64,000 nt of DNA, from contig NW_015169189.1 of the NCBI RefSeq assembly GCF_001447785.1, positions 390,354 to 454,353 of the forward strand, written 5' to 3'. Within the stretch, counting starts at the first letter, position 1. Each line of letters begins with the position of its first letter. The notes below the pieces were generated by a model. The model was not told the origin of the DNA. It saw nothing but the letters and a program-made list of their open reading frames with translations, and did no database searches. A program made the position numbers and the translations under genes. The DNA comes from Gekko japonicus (taxonomy: Eukaryota). Shown here in pieces: positions 1-13,145 of the stretch.

Positions 1-104
1 ACACCATGCTTGAGCTTCATATTAATATTAATTCTATTAATATATAGCACATCAATTTGGAAAGACTAGAAGAAGAACCTTTAAATTATAATTGTAGCAT
101 AAAA

Positions 105-332
105 AGTAAAGGTAAAGGTTTCCTTTCTCGAAAGCCAGTCGAATCCGACTCTAGGGTTGCGGTGCTCATCTCTGTTTCAAAGCCGAAGAGCCAGCGCTGT
201 CCGAAGACGTTTCCGTGGTCATGAGGCCAGCATGACTAAACACCAAGGCGCACGGAACACTTTTACCTTCCCACTGAAGTGGTACCTATTTATCTACTTG
301 CAATTTCTTGCTTTTGAACTGCTAGGTTGGCA
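105..332 (-). mobile_element. Sauria SINE, 5'-truncated
   Basis: (ACCTTT)n tail read as aaaggtaaaggt; body similar to copies at 34313 and 51962. Confidence 0.85.
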
Positions 333-904
333 TAACTGAGTTTAAAACACAGATTGGTGGAAAATTCCAAATACTCTGTCTGGGAGTCCTTCTCATCAGA
401 AATTACCTGTGATCCATTATTCCAAAAATCAGTTAAGTATGTGATTTCTGAGCCAGCTGGCTGTTGCAACTGGCAGCCATTACCTTATCCACTTGTGACA
501 CTATCAGAGAAGAATTCCTCAGTAAGAAACTAACTAAATTTCCATCCTACTTTTGAACAGATATGTCACATTTTCAAACCTGAAAGCCTTCCAACTTTTT
601 TTAAAGGCTCATTAGAAACAATGCTTATAGAATTAATAGTATAGAGTTAAGCAGAGTTATAACCTAAACCCATTGACTTCACTGTATTAGGAGCACTGTA
701 TAGCTCTTAATGGAACTTGGAATGTGTTGTTCTTAATCTTCCTAGACTACTACTTTGGAGCCTGTTTAGTGTTCAGAAGATTTTTTCTTATTGGAGTTAC
801 TGGACAGTTTCTTTCACTTTTGCATCATCACTTCCTTTTTTAAGCTGTATTCAATTTCCCTAGACAATGAACTCAATTTATATTTTTCTACACAATCCAC
901 AATT

Positions 905-1216
905 GACCTCTGGAACTCACTACACCAGAAGTAGTAATTGCCAATCATTTAATGACGTTTGAAAACCTACTGGACAATTTCATAGAAGACAGAAAGAATA
1001 TCAGCAGCTGTTGCCCATGATGTTAAGAGCATCCATCCTAATACTTAAGGTGCTGCTAATACTGTAATACTTTAAACAAAGTGACTTGTAACAGACTACA
1101 GGGACTCTATTAACAGCCTATGTTGTTAAAACATTCTGAATATGGCCATTAGTGGAGACAGAATACTGGGCTAGATGGTCATTAGCCTGACCCAGTATAG
1201 CTTTCTTTATGTTCTT
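905..1216 (+). mobile_element. Old CR1 LINE 3' end
   Basis: tggaactcact...gtagtaattgcc (WNSL-like region) and 3' end tactgggctagatgg...ctgacccagtatagc...ttatgttct. Confidence 0.6.
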
Positions 1217-1518
1217 TAATATTTGCAATGTACAGTGGTTTCTGATAAATGAAGGTGGCAAACAGCTTCCACATTTCTGTTACTGCTTTATCATAACCCA
1301 GCCATTCTTATATATATGGTGTACGTACTACAATGCCCATATACATAAATTAAGCTGAGAACACTGGTCAGACACTAGAACAAAGAATTCAGCAATCAGT
1401 GTAGTGTGTCAAACTAATGATGGAATGGAAGAGTGAGAAAATTGGAAAATATAGCCTATCAATTTGGTATTTGTTACACTTTAGAATGCAACCCATACTA
1501 GAGGATATGAAAAATCCT

Positions 1519-1921
1519 CAGGGATTTTTTTGTAGAAAAAGCCTAGCAGGAACTCATTAGCATAATATGATAGGCCATACCCAACAGCAGGAACTAATTA
1601 GCATATTAGGCCACACCCTGACAGCACAGATCATTCGCATATTAGGCCACACCCCATGTGTTACCAGAAGTGTGGTCACCCAGCCACAACCACCTTTTGC
1701 TTCTTATTCTCTTTACCTTGTTTGTTGACAAAACCCAGGGCTTTTTTTTTGAGCAGGAACTCCTTTGCATGTTAGGCCACACACCCCTAATTGTAGCCAA
1801 TCCTAATGAGTTTCTGCTTTTGGATGTGGCCTATTATGCTAATGAGTTCCTGCTGGGCGTGGCCAACTTGGGAGCCAGCCGGAACTCCGTTCCTGTGCAT
1901 TCTTGCCCAAAAATAGCCCTG
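1519..1921. mobile_element. Composite non-autonomous hAT MITE
   Basis: Termini cagggattttt / aaatagccctg; perfect 8-bp TSD aaaatcct (1511-1518, 1922-1929); second internal terminus cagggcttttt at ~1736; tandem gcatattaggccacaccc repeats. Confidence 0.85.
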
Positions 1922-2029
1922 AAAATCCTTGTTCTGACCCAGCATTTTGCACTGTGGGAAGGCTTTGAATTTTCTTGCATTCCCTTCCCCATTCATTTCA
2001 GTGAACATGAAAAACAGGGACTATATCAG

Positions 2030-2310
2030 GCTTCACCAGGGATTTCTGCATGGCAGCCCCAGTCTTATGGAATGGACTACCTAAAGAACTGAAGGAGGTG
2101 GCATCTCTCCTGATGTTTAGAATGAACTGCAAGGCAGAAATGTTCAAAACGGCTGTTGGTTATGTTAATATGTTTTTGGCCCTGCTTGGTGGTCTGATTA
2201 TCTTCTGGAATTACTGTAAAATCTGTAGCTATGATACATCATGGATTGGTTGTTAAGGAATTAACAAGAACTGGTTTGAGCAAAATGAATGAATGAATGA
2301 ATGAATGAAT
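2030..2310 (+). mobile_element. L2 LINE 3' end with (GAAT)n tail
   Basis: AAPVLWNGLPKELKEVASLLMFRMNCKAEMF resembles the L2 ORF2 C-terminus; simple-repeat tail at ~2285-2310. Confidence 0.75.
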
Positions 2311-3049
2311 AAGCACCCAACCTGTTAAGTTGTAATAAATGGGGCATCCTACATTTGTGTCCACCAAAGCACTCAATAAGCTATTATTTAATTTATTTCC
2401 AAATGATTACATAGGATAATTTAATTTTCTACAACATAGAATTAAGAATAAAGACTAAGTAGACTTTAATATTACTTTGGACTGCTTGGATTTGACTGCT
2501 TGGTGGAGAACTACCAATATGAGGCAAAATATTAGGGGCCATAGTTACCCTGAAGTCCAATGGATCTGCGAATGTCATACAATTTACATGCATGTGATGT
2601 TTGGATTGGGTTTGGTGGTGAAAAGGAGAAGTCTTGGTTATAAGGTTCATGTTGGCTCTTGGCAACTCTGGCTTGAAAATATTGTGTATTGTGTATTGTA
2701 GGTTTCTGGTTTTGGTGACTTGCTGGATGGGCACGCTCCATCTTGCTCTGATGTGAGCGCCCCTTTATTGCCGTGGATGGGAGGGGGCCCAGATGATTCT
2801 GCCCCCCCCCGAGAGCCCTTGTAGTGGGCTCGTAGCCTGGGGCATGAGGCATGCCTCTTCTAAGGTGGCAGTTGAAGAATTGAGGCTTCCCTTTGCCCCT
2901 ATAGGTACTGCTGCCACGAGACCATCATGGATGCAGAGGCGCATGCTGGAGAAAGCGAGCAAGAGATCTAGTGCCTTGCTGCTCCCACCCACCCCTGAAG
3001 CAAACGTTGGGATGAACTGTGAGTTTGAGTGTCTTTAACTAACTAAGTG

Positions 3050-4190
3050 GAGAACTGATCAACCACCCGAAAACCCTAACTTGAATCGGTAGAGGAGGAG
3101 GAGTGGGGAATCCCCCCCCCAGGAAAAATCACGGCATATAAAGGGAAGGGCAGAGAGCCAGTTGATGCTGAAAATCAACATAGCCAAAGATGGTGTAGAC
3201 CAGCTTAGAGCGTAATTAAATAAAAAGACCTTCAGAGTGTCCAAATTTTTCTTATGTAAACAATGTCTCTACGAGGAGATAAAATGGGCTGAAAAAGACT
3301 TCTCCAGGAATTGCCAGTTCACAGTCATCAAGACACAAGCCGGAAGTGCCTACTGATTTCTCAAAGATGTTAACTACGGCTTTGTGCCCTCTGCTGGACC
3401 AGATGACTAATCTCAACAGTAAATTTGATGATCTTCAGAAACAGCTGAAAGAAACAACTACCAAGACAGAAAAAACTCATAAAATGGTTGTACAAGTTAA
3501 GGTAAGATGAATTTGATAAATCAGAGACTGGAGGTGGTAGGAAAAGAGCAGATTTCTAACATGCACAGCTATTACAACTTCAAATGGAGAAATCATTATA
3601 TGTGTTGAGGTTCCAGCGTATCCCAGAACAAAAGGGGAGAACTTAAAAGAGATATTAAGTGAAGCATTGGCACCGGTGACAGATTTGAAAGTGGAACTGA
3701 TACAATGCGATATGGATATGGTTTAACAAACCTACCCAGATTTCATTAAGAAAAATAAACTGCCTGATGAAGTAGTTACGTTCTCCAAGAGATCAATGAG
3801 AGACACAATCTTAAAAGCTACTAATGAGATAACCCTGAAAATCCAAGATGAAGAAATCCGAATACTAAAAGACATTCCATTTGAAATACGAAAGCAGAGG
3901 AAACAGTATAAGAATTTAACTTCTTTTTTACGCAAACAATCCATTCTCTACAGATGGATATTTCCGGAAAGACTTATCTTAAACTACAAAGATAAGAAAG
4001 AGAAGATTTGACTCTGTACAAAAAGCAAAGGCTTTTGTGGAGAAACATCAAACAACAGCCAAAAGGGAAAACAGAAGACACTAAACAAACTGAACAAGAC
4101 AGTGAACATGAATCAGGAGGCAGTGGAAGTTCAACTGACAAATCCTCAGAAGACTTTAATGATGAAAAAGAAGCAGCTCTGAAACTCCTC
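3050..4190 (+). mobile_element. L1 LINE 5' region/ORF1 remnant
   Basis: LRFQRIPEQKG and IRILKDIPFEIRKQRKQYKNLTSFLRKQSILYRWIFPERLIL are L1 ORF1p RRM/CTD-like; frameshifted; start approximate. Confidence 0.75.
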
Positions 4191-4192
4191 AA

Positions 4193-4354
4193 CGGGACCG
4201 TTGGGGGCGGGGTGTGTGGCCTTATGACACACTTCCGGTGATGTCAGGGTGTGTGGTCTTATGACACACTTCCGGTGATGTCAGGGGGTGTGGCATATGC
4301 TAATGAGTTATGCTAATGAGTTCCCCTAGCTCTTTTTCTACGAAACGACCCCTG
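4193..4354 (+). mobile_element. Right half of hAT MITE (family of 33162 and 42183)
   Basis: Near-identical to ~33467-33627, ends cgaaacgacccctg; left half absent. Confidence 0.85.
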
Positions 4355-4439
4355 GAGTGGGGAGCATTTCCATGCAGCGTCTTTTTGGAGAAAGTCCCAG
4401 TCCTGTATAAGCAGCTTCTCTACAAGTAATGCTCATCTT

Positions 4440-4770
4440 CTTTCAGTTAGATTTCTTGATTTCCATAAACCTAATCAGTTCTATTCCATTTTGACCAACA
4501 GCTAATGATATGGTAAAAGCTGGGAGATCTTCGTAATTTAATAGTTTGTACCTAAAATTGACTATGGCTTTCCAGATCAATGTTGAAATATTTGGAAGGC
4601 CCAGTTCAAGTTGTATGACTGTGGAAGCGATACATGGTGGTAAAGCAAGTATTTTGCATAAGATGGTTAGCTGAAGTTTATCGAGTTGTTCTATTGGGTC
4701 CGGAAACAGCACGTGTGGTATCACAACAGCCTTGCATGCCTTCAGAAGTGCTGGCACATATTGAGCTCCT
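4440..4770 (-). mobile_element. RTE-X-like LINE ORF2 fragment
   Basis: QYVPALLKACKAVVIPHVLF...LCKILALPPCIASTVIQLELG, homologous to the post-RT region of the 14180-16014 element. Confidence 0.6.
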
Positions 4771-6544
4771 TGCAGCCTTGTAGCCACAGTGGGGCATTTG
4801 GGGGCCACACCCCCTTGTTCCCAAGCTATGCCCCACAACCCATGCCCCTGTGCCATGCCCCACCACCACCAGCAGTCAGCCCTGCTCAGCTGCCACTCCC
4901 CAGCCACAGCCACCTCTACATGTCTCCGTGTAACTCAGCCGTGTTTGCTTTCAACCCAGACGTGCCAGGAGAGGGAGAGAGCAGAGCGCAGCCTCCCAAA
5001 GACAGCAAGTGGTGACATGCAGCAAAACCCAGCATGGATTCCAGCCTGGTGTTGCCTGGTGGCTCTCAGGCAGGGCAAGGGACAGGCACGGGTGCTGACT
5101 CAGCCCCAGCTGCCCTTCCCATGGCACACCTTCCCAGGCCGGCCACACTCAGCCTTGGCTGGCTGGCAGCTCTCCAAGTGGTCAAGCGCACCAGCACGCT
5201 CCCCACTGCCTTGTCTTGCCTTCCCACCTGCCTGCCTTCCCCACCCCACCCGTTGGCCAAGCCAGAACTAGGAGAAGCATCTTCCAGCAAGATATTAAAG
5301 CAGAGAAGCATCCCCATGAGTGAGCAGCCGCTGTTCACAGCCAAACGTGAGAGCGCTGCGGTAGCAGCCTGGGAATATTAATACCAAAGCAAAAACTGTC
5401 TCCCCTCCTTCGTGTCTTGCAAATGCAGATCAAAACACACACAAGAATGCACACAGTGATTTGGGGCGGGGGAAAGGCTGGAGGCACAGCTGAAGAAAGC
5501 AGAGGGGTGGAGGAAATTGCTTTAAAATTGTACTTTTTATTTGATGTATGCCAGTTATCATTCATAAGTATAAGCATGACAGTCTTGTACAGTTGTGTAC
5601 AGACAGACACATAATGGCTGCCCCACAAGAAAAAAAATATGCCCCACAAACCAAAAAATCCTGGTTATGGGCCTGTGGATAAAGAAGAACTTCCTTAAAA
5701 CCAGCAGAGGTAAGCCGATTTTCTCCCTATCGAACATCCTTGAACCAGGATAGATTTTACTGGAACACAATTCCTAGGTATCTAAGTTAGCAATATAACA
5801 GCAATATAGCTATGAGAACTATAATATTTATTCTAAAAGCATTAATGCCCTAAAGTGCTGAAATGAACTTTATATGAAGGTACCAGTCCTGCAGACAATT
5901 ACAAACCCATAATATGTTCATGTAATTGGATACAGGATTTTAAGGTTAGCATTTAATTATGTCTGTCAAGAAACTGGTGTTGGGTGGGGATGGGGATTGT
6001 TAGTCTTCTTGTAATTAAGCATGACTTAAATAATTAGAGAAAACATTAGAGAAAACAACAAATAAAAACAGCATTTCTGAAAACTTGGTTTGTCATAGTA
6101 ATTTTAAAAAAGTCAGGTTCTAACGTCTGACGCTATTCTTGGCAAGCTAAATACCTGGAAAGCTGGCTTGCCTACCAGGATGCCCTTTGCCTCCCCCATT
6201 CTGGTTCTGATATGTTTATGTCATATGAGACATAATGTCTATTGGGTGTCTTATTTTTCACAATTTTCAGCTCAACGCTTTCATGAAAAAGTTGAAAACA
6301 ACAGTACAGTATAGTATCTAAAAAGCCTCAAACCAGAATTAAAACAAAGACCTAACATCTGAAGATTGCTGATAACGAAGTAACAAAAATACATCAGTGA
6401 TCAGACATGTGTTCCACATGTGTGTTGGAAACTATCTCTATCATACTCTCTTGTGATCTTGCCAGGAACAATTTTAAATGGTCTAACTTTTTAAGTTTCA
6501 TGAATGCATTAGCAATATGTAGAGTAAACGTTACAGTATGCCAT

Positions 6545-6730
6545 TTTTTAACATTTTACTTCATTTATATCCTGCCTTTAACAGTGGCTTACATTGTTCT
6601 CCTCCCTCTATTTTACCCTCACAATAATCTTGCGAGGTAGTTTAGGCTGAGGGTGTGAACAACCAAAGATCACCCAGCAAGCTTCCATGACAAATCCTAG
6701 TCCAACAACCTAGCCACCACACCACACTGA
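6545..6730 (-). mobile_element. MIR/Squam3-like SINE, old
   Basis: ttttaccctcacaataatcttgcgaggtag...caaagatcacccagcaag...accacaccacactg core/head pattern. Confidence 0.6.
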
Positions 6731-6888
6731 CTTTCATTTGACTTCTTGCAGGAGCAATTGCTTCTGTACCATGGCCAAGCAGCTAGTGGTGTGTCTTTTG
6801 TAAGCTATTTTTATTATTTTAATTCATGCCCTTAGCAAATGGTCCTCTAGATACTTAGAGGAGCCTTGCAGGTAAGTATAAAACATTT

Positions 6889-8545
6889 GTGTGTGTTAAG
6901 CACTGTCAAGTTGCTTCCAACTTACTGCAACTCTATGAATTAATCAGCTCCAAAATATCCTTATCATTAACAGCCTTGTTCAAGTCTTGCAAACTGAGGG
7001 CCATGCCTTCCTTGACTGAGTCACTGAGGGCCATGCCTTCCTTGACTGAGTCAATCTATGTAATGTTGGGTCTTCTTCTTTTCCTGCCACCTTCAACTTT
7101 TGCTAACATTATTGACTTTTCCAGTCTTATTATAATGTGACCAAAGTACCGATATCCTCAGTTTGGTCATTTTAGCTTCTAGGGAGAGTTCAGGCTTGAT
7201 TTGATCTAGAACTCTGTTTGGTTCATGGTATCCATAAAACTCTCCCCCAACACTACATTTCTTTTTTTAAATATATATATATATATATTATAAAGTGCAT
7301 ACAACTTATACAATCGTAACATTTTAAGAATAGAATCTTAACATTTCAAAATGTCTTACTATAGTATTCTATATAGGATTTCAACAGTTACATTCAGTAA
7401 CTGCATTTTTAAATAAAACAACATACTCTAAACAAAGCTAGTGTACAGATTCCTTGGAATTTCCTTATAACATGATAAAAGGGTTAATATGGGTCGCCAG
7501 GTGTTCTCAAAAGTAGTTACAACTTTAGGGGAGGGTAGACTCATAATATTTAAGGCAATCTTAGCCTGCACATATTGCTCCCAAATCTTTTTATATAACA
7601 ATTCCCGGGTAGGAGACAAAGACACCTTCCAAAGTGAGGTAATAGAAGATTTGGCTGCCGAAAGCAAAATCATTAAAATACATTGTTCCATATAAGAATA
7701 ATGGTTTCCCACCAACTCCAAACCTGATAATAAGCATTCAGGTGTAAAATATAGGGAATATCCAGTAATTAACTATATGTTGTCAAGAACCATCTTCCAA
7801 AAAGTTTCTAGAACCGGGCAGAGGAGCCAACAATGTATATAAGACCCCTCCGCCCCACATTTTCTCCAACATATAGGGCTCAATTGGGAATTTGAATACG
7901 CAAGTGCTTTGGGGGTCAGGTACCACCTTGATATAATTTTAAATGATTGATATCGTATTACAGTGGTTGAGGATTGGAATGTCATTGAGTTCCAGATATT
8001 GTTCCAATCTTCATCTTGAAGCCGGGTACCACAATCCTTTTGCCACATTATTTGGTAAGGACTAATCAACTTTCTTCCTGTCAGTCTTCTTCATTGTCCG
8101 ACTTTCACACCATACATAGTAATGGAGAATGCTGACATATGAATTATCTTGATCTTGGTCACCAGTGACACATCCTTACTCTTAGGAATCTTTTCTTGGT
8201 CCTTCATGGCTGCCCTTCCCAGTCTTATTTGCCTTCTGGTTTCTTGGTTTCAGTCTCCCTTTAGGAGCCAAGGAACAGAGAATCTTGAACCATTTCTTCA
8301 TTGTCAACCTTATAGATGTGTAATTCCTCACTTTTGACTTCTTTATGTTCAGCTGTAGTCCTGCTTTGGCACTTTCTGCTTTAATTTTCATCAGGAGTTG
8401 CTTCAAGTCTCTGCTATTTTCTGCCAGTAATGTGGTGTCATCTGCATATCTCAAATGGTTAATGTTCCTTCCACCAGTTTTAACTCCACCTTCATCTAAA
8501 TCTAATCCATCTTTCCTTATAATATGTTCTGCATATAGATTGAGG
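6889..8545 (-). mobile_element. RTE-clade (BovB-related) LINE 3' part, split by an L1 insertion
   Basis: RT motif RYADDTTLLAENSRDLKQLLMKIKAESAKAGLQLNIKKSK (ORF 8182-8454); (CA)n-type tail at 6889; segments 6889-7261 and ~8064-8545 are collinear. Confidence 0.85.
7262..8064 (-). mobile_element. L1 ORF2 3' end
   Basis: FKIISRWYLTP...CWRKCGAEGSYIHCWLLCPVLETFW is the L1 CCHC domain; poly-T/(TA)n tail at ~7262-7290. Confidence 0.85.
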
Positions 8546-9774
8546 ACAATATTTACCAGTCCACAAATATTTTATCAGCCAAACTACCTGTATATACTAC
8601 CTTGAGCAATGAGTTTTTCTTGTTAATTACCTAGAAGGAATTGTTACCCAGATAAGTCAGCCTAACAGCTAAGCTGGGCAAACTATTCCACTGGCTTCCA
8701 CTATGCAACTATTCTAACCAGTGTTTACAATTCCAGAACAAATTATCATGGGTTTTGATTTTTTACATTCCAGATTGCATTTTTGGTAAGCTAAACCCAC
8801 CCACCCACCAGCAACCGAATGATGTGAAAAGTCAGTGAAGTCATCCTTAAAGCAGTGCAATTTCCAAGTGAGCTTTCAGCTGGGATGCCCATGAAAGCTG
8901 TCCAGCCCTGAGCTGTGTCAGACACAATGTTCCCTGATTGCTGCTTTGCACATGGTAGATTGGGTTATCTAACAATGTGGCATTTGTTTGTAGTGCCTGT
9001 ATATGGCACTGTGTTCAGGCTGGCACCTGCAGCATTGGCAGAGAAGAGAAATGTTCTTAAGACCCAGTGGCAGTGTAGAAAGCAGCAGCAGAGAGGTTAA
9101 ACTGAACATAGCAGCAAAAGACCTGAATGAGTCATCTTAATACTGTTGCATCTTCTCAGCCTGCCCTTCTTCTGACCTTCTTCTGACAGAAGTTGGTTGC
9201 CTACCAACAGCTGCTGAGGGGACAGTTAGTCACAGTTAGTCCCACACAGGAGCCAAGAGAAGTGTCTTCCTCAGGACAGAGTCTGGCTTTCCAGGAGCTG
9301 CAGCTCATTTCCTCTAGGCCAGACCCTCCCTGGGGCTGGGGCTGGAGCTGCTGCTGAAGGAAGGTGGCAAACCTTTGAAAGGTGCTGGTCAGCCTTCTCT
9401 GCAGTGCATCCCACTGAGCTATCGCCCTGACAAAGCACTGGCCTTGCAACCAAGGGAGAGGGGCCGTGAGGGGCAGCAAAGGTGAGTGCTTCCCTGCTTG
9501 CTGCTGCTTCCTAGGTCTGCCTCCTTCTCCCCCATGGAGGGGTTGCTGCTCCCTCAGTGGAGCATCCATCCCCTTCGCTGGCTCCCTCCAGACTGAGAGC
9601 GAGACCCTGGCTGCCAGCTCTGTGGGCGGGGCCAAGCCAACGCAGCGAGGCAATGCAGCCAGGGGATTGGGAGTCCATGAGAGTGGCAGCTGAGCGGGCC
9701 AAAGGCTGTGGGAGCATATCCAGGAGTCACACCAAAACAGCTTTATTATATAGGAGAGATATCCCTTACATGAA

Positions 9775-10118
9775 GAGAAATTCAGGCGGATAGCCATGTT
9801 GGTCTGAAGCAGCAGAACAAAGTTTGAGTCCAGCAGTACCCCCAAAGGACTCTCGTTTCATTCTCACATCTTTTTGTTAACTGTCGCATTTACATGCTAA
9901 TTTGCTGCTATCCATTGATCTTACCAGCCACCTGATCCAATTTCAGTTCTGCATATGCATCTTGGCTCTGAGTGGCCCCTCCTAACGGCTCCCCCCACTC
10001 TCTTTTTTCCTGTAAGTAACCCTTGAGGAGATTCATCTACTTTGCACATGAAAGCTTACACTTTGAATAAAACTTCGTTGAACTTAAAGGTACCACTGGA
10101 TTCAAACTTTGTTATGTT
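9775..10118. mobile_element. Penelope-derived terminal repeat fragments in inverted arrangement
   Basis: 9775-9845 (aacaaagtttgagtccag) is the reverse complement of ~10090-10113 (ctggattcaaactttgtt); gaaagcttaca...aataaaac...aaaggtaccactgga matches the pLTR motif at 43730-44040. Confidence 0.6.
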
Positions 10119-10709
10119 ATCCCTCAGTATCAATGAACTGTGTTTTCCCAGTAATTCAGTTGAAGCCACTTTTTAATTCATGGACCCATTTAATTAATAG
10201 CCTGCCCCAGTGATTGATCTTAATTTCCAATACCATGTTCAATTTCTGTTAAATTTGGAATGACTGTTAAAATTCTGTTAGGCTGTTCAATTTGTTTCCA
10301 ATCTCAGGACAGCACAAATTTTTGAGTGAATTCTTTCTAGATTAAATTCAAATGAATTAGGCTGTGCTTTAGCTTTTTTACTAAAGCACACTGCAATGTG
10401 AACAAAAAAAATAAAAAGTAAAGTAAAAAGAGATACATATGTAAGAATAATCCAACGCACGTATGCCATTATCTATAGGAGTAGATTTCAATTATGTGAT
10501 CTGGGGAAACACGCACTGGATTTTATGCCATTATACTCACTTCTAGTGACATCTCTATGTAGATGTTTGAATAGTAAATGTCTGTTACTATCACCCCATC
10601 TTGTTCTGTACCATATGTAAAACAGCAGCTGGAAACCTTATAATCTAATCTCATTTTTTGATCAGACAGACCACAGCAGTCCTTCATCTAGCTGTTGTTT
10701 AGACACTCT

Positions 10710-11420
10710 GTATTTATTTATTTTATATATAGCAAGTGTGTAGGAAGTGTGAGACTCAAGTCAGATTACAGTGTTAAAAATGCAGCCAAACAGTATAAAA
10801 CATCCAATAAATAATGAAATGGGGCTATATTGCATAATTAGAAGACAGTACAAACAACAAACTGCCTAAGCAAGGTATAATGGAAATGCAAAGGTAGAAG
10901 ACAATGCAATAAAAGCAGGTGATACCAGTAATAATCACAGCAGTTACCACACTCCTATTTCCATGATAAAGGTACTCTCCTAAACTGTTCCATTTTACTA
11001 CAGTTCTAATCTCTTTATAAAAATGTCCTCTTAAAATGTCTGATGACCAGAACCTTGAAATGAACCCACTCAGTAACCAATGGAGTTTTGCAGAATGGTT
11101 GTCACATGCACAGTCTTCCTAGAACTTGATAGTAATTGCACTGTGGTGTTCTGTACCAACTGGAGTTTCCTGGTTGACTTTAAGGGCAGACCCATGTAGA
11201 GTGCATTACAGTAGTCTAGCATCATGGTAATCATAGCATGAATCCACGTGGCCAGATCTGCTGAGTCAAGGTAGGAGTCAATCTTCTGGACCAAATAAAG
11301 TAATTTTTTTAAACCTGCATTAATTTGCATCTCCAGCTGTAATTCTGGGTCCAGTATAACCCCAAAGCTCTTAAATGAGTCAACAGCTGTCAACTAGACA
11401 CCATCAAAAGTGAAAAGCAC
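10710..11420 (-). mobile_element. L2 LINE fragment
   Basis: GVILDPEL...LDYCNALYMGLPLKSTRKLQLVQN; (TTTA)n tail at ~10710. Confidence 0.85.
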
Positions 11421-11522
11421 CTTTTAAAAAAAGGGATTAAAACTGTAATAGAATGGAACAGTCAAGAGGGCAACTTTAAAATGGAATAGGGTTAAAATGG
11501 AATAGGATTGTTGTCAACTGCG

Positions 11523-12614
11523 ATAAGAACATAAGAGAAGCCAGTTTTGGATCAGGCCAATGGCCCATCCAGTCTAACACTCTGTCACACAATGGCCAAA
11601 AATACCAGGTGCCATTAGGAGGTCCACCAGTGGGGCCAGGACACTAGAAGCCCTCCCACTGTTGACCCCCCCAAGCAACATGAATATAGAGCATCACTTG
11701 CCCTGAGTTCCTATCTATACCTTGTGACTAATAGCCACTGATGGATCTCTGCTTCATATGTTTATCTAATTCCCTCTTGAAGTCCATGCTTGTAGTCGCT
11801 GCCACTTCCTGTGGCAGTGAATTCCATGTGTTAATCACTCTTTGGGTGAAGAAGTACTTCCTTTTATCTGTTCTAACCCGACTGCTCAGCAATTTCATTG
11901 AGTTCCCACAAGTTCTTGTATTGAGAGAAAGGGAGAAAAGTACTTCTTTATCTTCCTGCTCTATCCAATGCATAATCTTATAAACCTCAATCATGTCACC
12001 CCTCGTTTCTCCAAGCTAAAGAGCCCCAAGCGTTTTAACCTTTCTTCATAGGGAAAGTGTACCAACCCTTTTATCATTCTAGGTGCCCTTTTCTGCACTT
12101 TTTCCAATGCTATAATATCCTTTTTGAGGTGTGGTGACCAGAACTGTACACAGTATTCAAAATGAGGTCACACCATTGATTTATACAGGGCATTATGATA
12201 CTGGGTGATTTGTTTTCAATTCCCATCCTAATAATCACCATCATAGCGCTGGCCTTTTTTATTGCAGTCGCACACTGTCTCAACATTTTCAGCGAGTTAT
12301 CTACTATGACTCCAAGATCTCTCTTTTGGCCAGTCTCTGCCAATTTGGACCCCATCAACGTGTATTTATAGTTAGGTTTTTTGGCTCCAATGTGCATCAC
12401 TTTGCACTTTGCCATATTGAACCCCATTTGCCATGTTGATGCCCACTCGCCCATCCTCAACAGGTCCCTTTGGAGTGCCTCACAATCCTCCCTGGTTCTC
12501 ACCACCCTGAACAATTTCATGTCATCTGCAAATTTAGCCACTTCACTGCTTACTCCCAACTACAAATCATTAATGAAAAAGTTAAAAAGCATCAGACCGA
12601 GTACTGATCCCGAG
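11523..12614 (-). mobile_element. CR1 LINE 3' ~1.1 kb
   Basis: VAKFADDMKL...LQRDL...FNMAKCKVMHIG...RDLGVIVD and KRKYFFTQRVINTWNSLP; tail ataagaacataag. Confidence 0.92.
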
Positions 12615-12800
12615 TAAAGTTTGGAGTACACACCAGGAAGTCAAGGGTATCAATAAATCTGCTTTATTTAAACTGCAGCACATATCTGGGAGTTAGGCCT
12701 GAACTAATCCCACCTTCCTCAGAAGGCATGCCTAATCTGATTGCTCAACAAAAAGTATCTACCACTTGCCCACTAGGTTGTAACTAACAGGAATATAGCA
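12615..12800 (-). mobile_element. LTR-like fragment related to 17100-17287
   Basis: Shared atctgctttatt...gcagca and tgctca..aaaaagtatct.ccact..ccactaggt...aactaacaggaa; tttatt is AATAAA on the minus strand. Confidence 0.5.
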
Positions 12801-13145
12801 AAAGAAAGAGATGGAAATGAACAACAAAGGTTTATTTAACAGAAAATAAAGTATTTAGTAAGGTAAATATGATGTGTGAATAATTTAAATATATTAAGTA
12901 AAGATGGCTCTCAATTAAAGTAATTAACCCCTAAGGCAAGATTTGATTCCCCTTTCTCTGGACAGGGTACCTCAACAGGTTCAAGACTGATCTTTTCTCT
13001 CCCAGAGCACCTTACCACAGAACCTACACATATCAGTTAGGAATGATGGACCATAAACAGGATGCTTATTTGTACCACTAAAATAAGCCTTCTTCCTTAA
13101 GCAGACCTCCAATCCTAACCAAAAAGCCAAATAAAAGTCTGGTTA

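Noticed and set aside
9201-9845. 214-aa minus-strand ORF as an antisense gene
   Set aside because: Starts in a Penelope-derived repeat; no recognisable domain or splice support.
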